DNA from: Patescibacteria group bacterium
GTDB lineage: Bacteria; Patescibacteriota; Patescibacteriia; UBA1558; GWA2-36-10
Assembly: GCA_041662585.1 (NCBI GenBank)
Contig: JBAZSG010000006.1
Span: 4,155 to 68,154, forward strand
DNA length: 64,000 nt
Direction: 5' to 3'
A program made the translations under genes and the position numbers. The notes beneath the pieces were generated by a model. The model did no database searches, was not told the DNA's origin, and saw nothing but the letters and a program-made list of their open reading frames with translations. Of the stretch, positions 1-7,855 are shown in pieces (position 1 is the first letter of the stretch; every line of letters begins with the position of its first letter).

Positions 1-588
1 ACGCCAGCTTTCAAAAACTATCATGGCTTTCCAGCCGCTTTATGTGTATCTATAAACGAAGCAGTAGTACATGGCATTCCGACAGCTGAGCCTTTGCAAG
101 AAGGAGATTTAGTGGGTATTGATTTAGGGATTAAATATAAGGGTTTTTATACCGATACAGCTATGACAGTGGGAGTTGGTAAGATTAGTCCTGAGTCAGA
201 ACAATTGCTTAAAATAACCAAACAGTCATTGTATATAGCTATAGATCAATTAAAAATTGGAGGATATATATCAGACATTGGTAAGGTCATAGAAAAATTT
301 ATCAAGCCTTATGGTTATGGCATAGTTAGAGATTTGGCTGGGCATGGGGTCGGACGAAAAGTACATGAAGAACCCAGTGTACCAAATTATTATCAAGGTA
401 GAAAATCAGTTCAGATTTTTGATGGTATGGTTATTGCTATTGAGCCGATGCTTATCATGGGTGGTGACTGGAGAGTAAAAACTAGAGATAACAAGTGGGA
501 TGTAATATCAAATGATGGTAGTGCGACGGCTCATTTTGAGCATTCAGTAGCCATTACCAAAGACGGAAATATTATTTTGACAGAGTAA
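1..588 (+). CDS. map: Type I methionine aminopeptidase (5'-partial; frame open from position 1)
   Basis: Frame from base 1 reads TPAFKNYHGFPAALCVSINEAVVHGIP, then GDLVGIDLG, DTAMT, GHGVG..HEEP, AIEPM and AHFEHSV motifs. Confidence 0.96.
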   Translation, partial: TPAFKNYHGFPAALCVSINEAVVHGIPTAEPLQEGDLVGIDLGIKYKGFYTDTAMTVGVGKISPESEQLLKITKQSLYIAIDQLKIGGYISDIGKVIEKFIKPYGYGIVRDLAGHGVGRKVHEEPSVPNYYQGRKSVQIFDGMVIAIEPMLIMGGDWRVKTRDNKWDVISNDGSATAHFEHSVAITKDGNIILTE

Positions 589-599
589 TTTTAATTATT

Positions 600-669
600 A
601 TTGCGATTATTCTACGCTAGATGCGAATTTGCTTTAGCAACGGAGCAGTCAGCGTAGAATAGGAGCAAT
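600..669. repeat. Intergenic long imperfect hairpin (unassigned structured element)
   Basis: TATTCTACGCT (608-618)/AGCGTAGAATA (651-661), outer ATTGC/GCAAT, inner TTGC-TTTA-GCAA. Confidence 0.65.
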
Positions 670-687
670 TAATATAATTGATCTAGT

Positions 688-1071
688 ATGAATAAAAAAT
701 ATTTGGGTATTGATTATGGTGACAAGAGGATTGGTCTTGCTTTAGCTGAAGGCAAAGGACCAGCTTTGCCATTTAAAGTAATAGCCAATGACAAAGATTT
801 TTTAAAAAATATCAAAGAGATTATTGTACAAGAATATATTAGTGATATTGTAGTTGGTTTGCCCAATAGTTTTTCCGGAGAAGAAAATGAAAGATTTATT
901 TTAACCAAAAATTTTATTGAGCACTTACAGCGTGATTTAGCTATCAATATAGCTACAGTTGATGAGCAGTTGACTTCCAAACTTTATGAAAAAATGGGAG
1001 TAAGTAAAGATATAGACAAGTATGCTGCTACAGCTATTTTAGATACTTATTTGATTCAAAATGATTTATAA
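688..1071 (+). CDS. ruvX: RuvX/YqgF family nuclease (putative pre-16S rRNA nuclease)
   Basis: YLGIDYGDKRIGLA, IVVGLP, VDEQLTS, IDKYAATAIL. Confidence 0.92.
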   Translation: MNKKYLGIDYGDKRIGLALAEGKGPALPFKVIANDKDFLKNIKEIIVQEYISDIVVGLPNSFSGEENERFILTKNFIEHLQRDLAINIATVDEQLTSKLYEKMGVSKDIDKYAATAILDTYLIQNDL

Positions 1072-2146
1072 TTTACCAAAATTTATTTTTGTTTTTATTT
1101 TAGCATTTTTTTTATCTTTAATTTTTTCAAAAATAATTATTTATGTGGCTCGCAAATTGAATATTTTGGACAGACCTAGTCAAGAAAGAAAGATACACAA
1201 ACAACCCACTCCACTCTTAGGAGGTTTGGCTATTTATACTGCTTTTTTGTTTACGATTTTGATTTTGTGGCAGGGCAAATTATTGTTGGATGGTCGGGTG
1301 GATATGGAGCTAATAGCTTGGTTTTTGCTCGGAGGCTTGATTTTGATGATCAATGGGTATTTAGATGATAAATACTCTCTACAGCCTTATATTAGCATTT
1401 TGGGGCCTATTTTGGCTTCTTTAATAGTGATTTGTGGTGGTTTAAAGATTGCTTATATTAGCAATCCAGCTGGTGGAATTTTATATTTAGATAGTATATT
1501 TGGTTGGGATTTTATAGCTATTATACTTACTTTTTTGTGGTTATTGGGCATTACTTATACAACCAAGCTTTTAGATGGTATAGATGGTCTTAGTTCTAGT
1601 ATTGGACTTATAGCTTCTTTGATTATTTTTGGCGTTAGTTTAAATTGGGATGTAGTGGGATCTAGTACATCCCTTTTATCTTTGGCTTTAGCTGGATCAA
1701 TATTTGGTTTTTTGATGTTCAATTGGTATCCAGCCAAAGTATTTTTGGGAGAGGGAGGCAGTACTTTTATTGGTTTTGCTTTGGGAGTGCTGTCTATTAT
1801 TTCTGGTTCCAAAATTGCTACAGCACTTTTGGTAATGGGTTTGCCGGTTTTGGATATTTTTTGGGTGATTATAAAAAGAGTGAGATTGGGCAAGGCCATT
1901 TGGCACGGTGATCAAGAACATTTACATTTTAGAATGTTACGCAGTGGTTTTTCACAAAAGCAAATAGTATTTTTTCTCTCAGCAGTATCTTTGCTTTTTG
2001 GAGCAATATCTATATTTTTTACTACCAAAATAAAAATAGGCGCTTTAATAATAGTTTTTGTTTTGATGTTTGCACTTAGTGCTTGGCTTAATTATCGCTT
2101 ATCCGCCAAAGGCGGAGTAAACAAAGAAAAGCATGCAGAAATATAA
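1061..2146 (+). CDS. MraY/WecA/TagO family undecaprenyl-phosphate GlcNAc-1-phosphate transferase
   Basis: DRPSQERKIHKQPTPLLGGLAI, GYLDD, LLDGIDGL, FNWYPAKVFLGEGG, DQEHLH; polytopic. Confidence 0.9.
   Translation: MIYNLPKFIFVFILAFFLSLIFSKIIIYVARKLNILDRPSQERKIHKQPTPLLGGLAIYTAFLFTILILWQGKLLLDGRVDMELIAWFLLGGLILMINGYLDDKYSLQPYISILGPILASLIVICGGLKIAYISNPAGGILYLDSIFGWDFIAIILTFLWLLGITYTTKLLDGIDGLSSSIGLIASLIIFGVSLNWDVVGSSTSLLSLALAGSIFGFLMFNWYPAKVFLGEGGSTFIGFALGVLSIISGSKIATALLVMGLPVLDIFWVIIKRVRLGKAIWHGDQEHLHFRMLRSGFSQKQIVFFLSAVSLLFGAISIFFTTKIKIGALIIVFVLMFALSAWLNYRLSAKGGVNKEKHAEI
2099..2121 (+). repeat. Short palindromic element TTATCCGCCAAAGGCGGAGTAAA, copy 1
   Basis: Hairpin TCCGCC-AAA-GGCGGA; 20/23 match to the reverse complement of 34572-34594. 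Confidence 0.6.
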
Positions 2147-2597
2147 ATTTATTATAATTTTTTTTATAGTTATAGCTGCGTTACTTTATGTAGCTTATTA
2201 TAATCTTAGTTATTTTAATACCCAAGTATCAGTCGTAGAAATTAAGGGACACAATTTTGATACCGATGTTGTACAAAGTTTTGCAGATATAGAGCGTGGT
2301 TTATCTGGTCGAGCCAGTATGGACGATAATCAAGCTATGTTGTTTGTTTTTCCTGACAAACAAAAGCGTACTTTTTGGATGAAGGAAATGAATTTTGCTA
2401 TTGATTTGTTGTGGATAGATGGTCAGCAAATTGTTGCTTATGAAAAAAATATGTTGGCTCCAGTCAAAGATTTGTCTATTAGCGAATTACCAAGATATAC
2501 TTCGCCACAACCGGTAGATAAAGTTTTAGAAATTCAAGCTGGATTAATTGATAGTTTAGATATAAAAATAGGGGATAATATTAATATAAATATATGA
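2133..2597 (+). CDS. DUF192 domain protein
   Basis: N-terminal TM; RGLSGR, AMLFVF, FWMKEMNFAIDLLWI, VLEIQAG. Confidence 0.9.
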   Translation: MQKYKFIIIFFIVIAALLYVAYYNLSYFNTQVSVVEIKGHNFDTDVVQSFADIERGLSGRASMDDNQAMLFVFPDKQKRTFWMKEMNFAIDLLWIDGQQIVAYEKNMLAPVKDLSISELPRYTSPQPVDKVLEIQAGLIDSLDIKIGDNININI

Positions 2598-2911
2598 CAA
2601 AAGAACGTTGGAAAGAGCTCAGAGCCAATGTCAAAGAAAATTTTGGTATAGAGGATGAATATGAAGAAGATTTGGAACCAGGCATAGCCGAAGTCATTCA
2701 ATTTACTGGAGCTGAAGGAAAAACGTTGATGCGTTTTGTTACCAAACCAAAAGTATTGGACAAAAAAACCAGTTTTTCTCATCGAGCTGGTTCTGATGTA
2801 AAGGTAGAATATGTTTATTCAGAAGATGAAACAAGTTCTTATTTGGAAATTTATACTTGGTCAGTAGACAAAGATGATTGGGTAAAACTAGACGTAGAGG
2901 AGAGATTTTAG
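2594..2911 (+). CDS. Hypothetical acidic protein
   Basis: 105-aa ORF overlapping the upstream stop; protein-like composition. Confidence 0.75.
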   Translation: MTKERWKELRANVKENFGIEDEYEEDLEPGIAEVIQFTGAEGKTLMRFVTKPKVLDKKTSFSHRAGSDVKVEYVYSEDETSSYLEIYTWSVDKDDWVKLDVEERF

Positions 2912-2925
2912 TTATAATATAGATT

Positions 2926-3354
2926 ATGAATCAAACAAGAAATATTTTATTTTTGGTGCTAGCATTTATGATAGTTGGTTTAGTGACTATATTTTTTACT
3001 CATGAAGCTAAAAAAACAGACTATACCACAGTACAAGAAGATTATATAAAAGAGATAGAGCCATGGATTGATTCTGTATTGCTGGATCAATCACCAGCCA
3101 ATATAGCAATTATAAAAAATAATTTTTTAAATTTTCATAGTGCAGATCGTTCTATAGGTTCAGCTCATATTGCTTTATTTTTGGCCTTTGATGCTTGGGA
3201 GAGATTTTATTTAACTGGTGACCAAGTGGTCAGAGAACAGTCTATCAAACATTTTTCTACAGCTCTTGGGTTATTACCAGATTTGAGTGATAAAATAGAT
3301 AATTTGATAAGCATTATTCAAGCAGAAAGTAATTATAAACTAGAAATAGAATGA
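2926..3354 (+). CDS. Hypothetical protein with N-terminal membrane anchor
   Basis: 142-aa ORF with hydrophobic N-terminus; TATAAT at 2915-2920 just upstream. Confidence 0.7.
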   Translation: MNQTRNILFLVLAFMIVGLVTIFFTHEAKKTDYTTVQEDYIKEIEPWIDSVLLDQSPANIAIIKNNFLNFHSADRSIGSAHIALFLAFDAWERFYLTGDQVVREQSIKHFSTALGLLPDLSDKIDNLISIIQAESNYKLEIE

Positions 3355-4076
3355 TTAAATATTTAACAATATTTATTAACCCTCTTATATTATTACTTGG
3401 CTTTTGGTCTTTATTTTATAGCCAAAAGGCTATTCATTATTGGCTTATTATTATAGCCATATTGCTTATATTATTGTCTGGTCGTATTGTAGCTAAAAAT
3501 AAATTTTGGAAGTTTAAAGTTTTGTGGCTTAATTTAATTTTTGTATATATTTCGCAATTATTATTTTTTCTTTTATTAATATCTGGCGACCTCAGATATA
3601 TTTTATCTTTCGTCTTATCTTTATCTTGGGTTTTGATTTGGTGGCTGATATTCAAATATTTTGAAAATACAAATAATATAGAAAGTAGCAATTATTTAGC
3701 TGTTAATAAGTTTTTTTATTATATTGGTTTTTGGTTTTTAGCCACTAGTGCTTATGCTTTGGTTATATTTTTACACTTTCCATTGCTGTATACTTATTTA
3801 GTATTGATTATAGTGACATTTTTTTGGGCCTTGGATATTATCAGGGCCAGAGATGATCTGGCTTGGCCTTATTTGCTTTTTTCTTTGTTTTTACTTAGTC
3901 AAATCATGGCAGTGGTCTATTTATTGCCACTAAGTTTTTATGTGGCAGGGACTATTGCAACTTTGTGGTTTTTCTTTATAATAGATAATACAGCCAATAC
4001 CTTAAAATCCTTTAGATTGTATTTAAGCTTGTTTTTATTGACTGTTTTGCTAGTATTAATCACAGCGATATTATAA
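3351..4076 (+). CDS. Hypothetical polytopic membrane protein
   Basis: About 8-9 hydrophobic segments; ATGA overlap with upstream gene. Confidence 0.75.
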   Translation: MIKYLTIFINPLILLLGFWSLFYSQKAIHYWLIIIAILLILLSGRIVAKNKFWKFKVLWLNLIFVYISQLLFFLLLISGDLRYILSFVLSLSWVLIWWLIFKYFENTNNIESSNYLAVNKFFYYIGFWFLATSAYALVIFLHFPLLYTYLVLIIVTFFWALDIIRARDDLAWPYLLFSLFLLSQIMAVVYLLPLSFYVAGTIATLWFFFIIDNTANTLKSFRLYLSLFLLTVLLVLITAIL

Positions 4077-4104
4077 TTTAACCCCCCCTGTATTATATAA
4101 TTAT

Positions 4105-5190
4105 ATGGATGAAAAACATCAACATTTTGCCAGACCGACCACAGAAAGGCCACCATCTATGTTCAATTTGACTATTTGGACTATTTTTGTTGGACTTGTA
4201 GCTGGTTTTGGAGGTTATTTATTGGGTAATTATTTATTACCTGGTGATAGTGCCAATTATTTTAATATCAACAATCCAGACAGAACTGTAAAAGTCAACA
4301 TTGAACAACCATTGATCAATGTAAGTAATAAATATCACAATACAATAGCTGGTGTATATAAACCATCGTTGGCTGTAGCGGCTGTAGGACAATCTTTATT
4401 TTCCAAAGATGATTTTTTGGGATCGGCTGTAGTAGTCACCTCTGATGGCTGGCTCATGACTACCAATCAAGTAACTACCAGTGATAATGTCAGTATAGTC
4501 TTGGGCGACAAAATATATAAAGCAAGTAATTTGGTTCAAGATTTATTTAGTGGCGTGGTGTTTTTAAAAATAGATGAAAATTCTTTGCAACCAGTAAATT
4601 TTCAATTAATTGATAATTTTAAAACAGGGGAGACGCTATTTACCAGTATAGATTTGGTCAATACTTATGAACATTCTTTTAAGGCTACTTATTTGAGTAA
4701 TCCTCATTATTCGGTCAATAAATATTTATTTACCGATACTATAGATTATTATATTGATATTACAGATACGCAGGTTAGTCTAGGAGCTCCATATTTTAAT
4801 TTGGATGGCAATTTGATTGGTTTGGCTTATAATGTAAACAATGACACAGTACTTTTACCTTCAGAATATATAAAGCAAGCAGTCAAGCATTTATTAAACA
4901 ACACCGAGCGTTCAAAATTGGGTCTTAGATATGTAGATATGGAAAATAATAGTGGCTTTTCTAGCAAAGGAAATTTGGTTTACAATCCACAGTATGCAGC
5001 TATAGTTTACAATTCACCAGCTTATAAAGCAGGCTTAAAGTCTGGTGATCAGATAGTCGCCATAAACAACGATGTTGTATCTAGCTATAGAACACTTACT
5101 TCAATATTGCAAGATTATAGACCAGGCGACACTATTGTTGTCAAAATTTTGCGTGAAAACACAGAGCAGGATATTGAAGTGACTCTTTAA
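4105..5190 (+). CDS. HtrA/DegP-like (S1C) trypsin-fold plus PDZ protein, probably catalytically inactive
   Basis: TM; GSAVVVTSDGWLMTTNQV; LGAPYFNLDGNLIGL; PDZ SPAYKAGLKSGDQIVAIN. Confidence 0.85.
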   Translation: MDEKHQHFARPTTERPPSMFNLTIWTIFVGLVAGFGGYLLGNYLLPGDSANYFNINNPDRTVKVNIEQPLINVSNKYHNTIAGVYKPSLAVAAVGQSLFSKDDFLGSAVVVTSDGWLMTTNQVTTSDNVSIVLGDKIYKASNLVQDLFSGVVFLKIDENSLQPVNFQLIDNFKTGETLFTSIDLVNTYEHSFKATYLSNPHYSVNKYLFTDTIDYYIDITDTQVSLGAPYFNLDGNLIGLAYNVNNDTVLLPSEYIKQAVKHLLNNTERSKLGLRYVDMENNSGFSSKGNLVYNPQYAAIVYNSPAYKAGLKSGDQIVAINNDVVSSYRTLTSILQDYRPGDTIVVKILRENTEQDIEVTL

Positions 5191-5229
5191 ATACACCATA
5201 TTAAGGAGAACTTAAGGGGGTTTTCAATC

Positions 5230-5258
5230 TTTACAGAGGCCTTTAAAAATGTTATAAT
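5230..5258 (+). promoter_or_regulatory. Sigma70-type promoter with overlapping inverted repeat
   Basis: TTTACA-17bp-TATAAT with extended TG; TTACAGA (5231-5237)/TCTGTAA (5258-5264). Confidence 0.55.
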
Positions 5259-5390
5259 CTGTAAGATTTTAATAAATAAAAATCTTTATCAAAAATAAAG
5301 AAACCTAATATATGCTGAACTGTTAATTTATTTGCTAATATTAGCCAATAAATTAGCTAAAATCTAAACCCAATCGTGCGCTTATTTTAG

Positions 5391-5419
5391 TGTAATGTTT
5401 TGGGTATTTTTTACGTCTA
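5391..5419 (+). promoter_or_regulatory. Putative ECF-sigma autoregulatory promoter
   Basis: TGTAAT-17bp-CGTCTA ending 5 nt before ATG 5425; resembles SigX/SigW/SigM-type promoters. Confidence 0.6.
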
Positions 5420-5424
5420 TATAT

Positions 5425-5976
5425 ATGAAGAGTATAAAAGGTAATTTACAAGAAAGAATAGCTTTTTTAAAGCTTAGATCAGGAGATTCTGATGCTTTTG
5501 CCTTTTTTTATGATAAATATGTTAAAAGTATTTATCGTTTCGTATATATCAGGGTAGGAAGCAAGCAAGTTGCTGAAGATTTGACTCAAGATATTTTTCT
5601 CAAGATTTGGCAACATTTGGTAGATAAAAAGCATGTCAAAAGTTTTCAGGCTTTTATATTCCGTATAGCTCGCAACACAGTGGTGGATCACTATAGATAT
5701 TCCAAACAAGAACTGCCACTAGAGTATATGCCAGAGTCAGTTGAAATGATAGAAGGCGTGATATTGTCCAGTGACAAAAATATTGATGCTGACATATTGC
5801 TCAAAGAAATAGGCAAATTAAAATCAGAATATCAAGAAGTATTATTACTCAAATATGTTGAAGACATGTCAATAGAAGATATAGCACATGTCATGAGTAA
5901 AGATAAAAATAATATTAGAGTTACTATTCACAGAGCTCTAAATAAATTAAAAACAATTACCAAAGGTAAAAAATAA
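5425..5976 (+). CDS. ECF RNA polymerase sigma factor
   Basis: GDSDAFAFFYDKY, AEDLTQDIFLKIW, IFRIARNTVVDHYR, region 4 SIEDIAHVM...HRALNKLK; start at MKSIK preferred over 5395. Confidence 0.93.
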   Translation: MKSIKGNLQERIAFLKLRSGDSDAFAFFYDKYVKSIYRFVYIRVGSKQVAEDLTQDIFLKIWQHLVDKKHVKSFQAFIFRIARNTVVDHYRYSKQELPLEYMPESVEMIEGVILSSDKNIDADILLKEIGKLKSEYQEVLLLKYVEDMSIEDIAHVMSKDKNNIRVTIHRALNKLKTITKGKK

Positions 5977-5991
5977 TCGCGTAATAAACTC

Positions 5992-7428
5992 ATGAGTAGT
6001 TTAATAAAAAATATTTCTCGTATCAAAAATCTGGAAAGTGTACAACCAGACAGAAGATGGGAGAAAACAACCAAATTTGATCTATTGGATGAAATATCAT
6101 CTCAAAATAGACTGATGCAAGCCTACAAATTATCAACCTCCCAAAAGGTAGATCTTTTTGTGATGCGTTTTTTCAATCGCGTTGCTCCATCAATGTCCAA
6201 AGTTTTGGCAACATTTTTGGTATTTATGATGTTTTTTGGCGTAAATATGGCTGCTCAGGCTTCTGTACCAGGTGAAACATTGTGGCCAGTAAAGAGATCT
6301 ATTGAAGAAGCAGAAATATCTCTTACTTTTAGTCCAGTCAAAAAGACAGAAGTCCACATAAAACATGTCAATGAAAGGTTAGATGAAATTGATAAAATTT
6401 TAGAACCAGCTGTCAATGTAGAACCAGCTGTCAAAGAACAAAAAAATAAAGCTATTAAACAAGCTATTACTCATTTAGAAAAAGATGTTACTTCTGTTGA
6501 TAGCTCACTCAAGATTGTAAAAAGTGAAAAAGAAGCTTTGGAAGTAGTAGAACTAGTCAAAAAAGTGACTGATGCTACCAAAGAAGTAGATAATAAATTA
6601 AGCGAAAAAAAGCTAACAGCTAAAAATATTGATAATCAAGCACTGGACGAAGCCTTGACTCAAGCCAAAGTATTGAATAAACAAGTTAAGAAAGCGGCTG
6701 TAGCTGTAGCCATTGAAGTACACGAAGAATTACAAAAAACAACTGAAGATAAGGCTGCTTCACTAGTAGTCAAGACTACTAGTACGCCTAGTGAAATATC
6801 TGAGATTAGTAAGGTAGGACCTTTTGAAACAAGTACTACAGATATAGTAGACAAGGGAGCTAGTAAAGAATTATCTTCAGAAGAAGTAGCCACTATCAAT
6901 AATATAGTCAAAGAAATCTTAGTCTCAGAAATAGCTGATCTTTCAGCTGAAGTAAAAGATGTCAAACAAAAAGTAGAAATAGTCAATTCAGAAGCTTTAA
7001 AGGCTATAACTAAAGATGCTTTAGGAGAAAAAGATAAAACAAAAATCATCAGCTCTGAGCTAGATGAAATAGAGATAATAAAAAAAGAAAGTTCGGAAGA
7101 TAGTGAAGTAGTATTGACCGAAGCCAAAGTATTGTTAGACAGTGGAATGTTTAAAGATGCTTTTGAAAAAGTATCTGAGGCCAATGAAAAATATCAAAAA
7201 GCCGAAGTGACTTTGGAAAAGATTGGTCAGGCTATCAAAGTAAATGAAGCTAGTGATGCAGCTGCCAAAGCTCTTGAAAATCAAAAACCACCTGTTGTTG
7301 AATTGCCAATTAGTACTACTACCACTTCTACAATAGAAAAAACACCTGATATTGAAATCATAAAATCTTCTGCTATTGATATCAAGGATACTGAAATAAT
7401 CAAAGAATCAGAAGAAGTGACAAAATAA
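5992..7428 (+). CDS. DUF5667-like membrane protein, putative anti-sigma factor, with long extracytoplasmic coiled coil
   Basis: Short cytoplasmic N-terminus, TM, AAQASVPGETLWPVKRSIE motif; directly after the ECF sigma. Confidence 0.75.
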   Translation: MSSLIKNISRIKNLESVQPDRRWEKTTKFDLLDEISSQNRLMQAYKLSTSQKVDLFVMRFFNRVAPSMSKVLATFLVFMMFFGVNMAAQASVPGETLWPVKRSIEEAEISLTFSPVKKTEVHIKHVNERLDEIDKILEPAVNVEPAVKEQKNKAIKQAITHLEKDVTSVDSSLKIVKSEKEALEVVELVKKVTDATKEVDNKLSEKKLTAKNIDNQALDEALTQAKVLNKQVKKAAVAVAIEVHEELQKTTEDKAASLVVKTTSTPSEISEISKVGPFETSTTDIVDKGASKELSSEEVATINNIVKEILVSEIADLSAEVKDVKQKVEIVNSEALKAITKDALGEKDKTKIISSELDEIEIIKKESSEDSEVVLTEAKVLLDSGMFKDAFEKVSEANEKYQKAEVTLEKIGQAIKVNEASDAAAKALENQKPPVVELPISTTTTSTIEKTPDIEIIKSSAIDIKDTEIIKESEEVTK

Positions 7429-7464
7429 ATAAAATTTTTATAGTTCATTTTAATAATTAATTTA

Positions 7465-7800
7465 TAATCCCATCGCGACGTGGCTGATTTAGTCCATCAG
7501 GGGCGTCATATAGTCTGAGGATATTTAGTTTTTGTTCCCATGCACGAATGAAAACTAGTATCCCTAGATTATCGCCTAATCGCGCGCGAAATAGGGATTA
7601 GTTTATAACTTGCTATAGAGGGTTATAAACACAACACTCTTGTCGTTGGGCCCTGCCCGGCACAAGATTTTAATTAACGTTCCTAGACAATCTATTTTTT
7701 CAGATGGATTTGTGAGCCTATTTATTTAGTTAACCAGAAAGGTCGGCATGGCAATGCCGTGGGTGCTAGATATAATAGTCTGAGCCTCCATATGGTGGAG
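7465..7800 (+). ncRNA. Putative structured RNA / long 5' leader of the S-layer-like gene
   Basis: Nested and tandem helices: TAATCCC/GGGATTA, TCGCG/CGCGA, GGCG/CGCC, GGATA/TATCC, TAGTTTT/AAAACTA, GTTTATAAC/GTTATAAAC, TCTTGT/ACAAGA, CGGCAT/ATGCCG, CTCCA/TGGAG; GC-rich relative to flanks. Confidence 0.6.
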
Positions 7801-7855
7801 ACGTTTGCAAATTGTCTTATTAAATAATGTTTAGAGAACTTTTAAAACCGAACAA

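Noticed and set aside
600-669. SRP (4.5S) RNA assignment suggested by GGAGCAG
   Set aside because: Lacks the CAGG strand and GNRA tetraloop of SRP helix 8
6660-7184. 174-aa antisense ORF, and the many other short nested or antisense ORFs in the track (e.g. 61792-62283, 60147-60485)
   Set aside because: They are shadows of well-supported genes with biased codon usage and have no motifs or own expression signals
7465-7800. RNase P RNA or tmRNA assignment
   Set aside because: No GAGGAAAGUCC-type P4 motif and no tRNA-like GGGG...CCA ends seen
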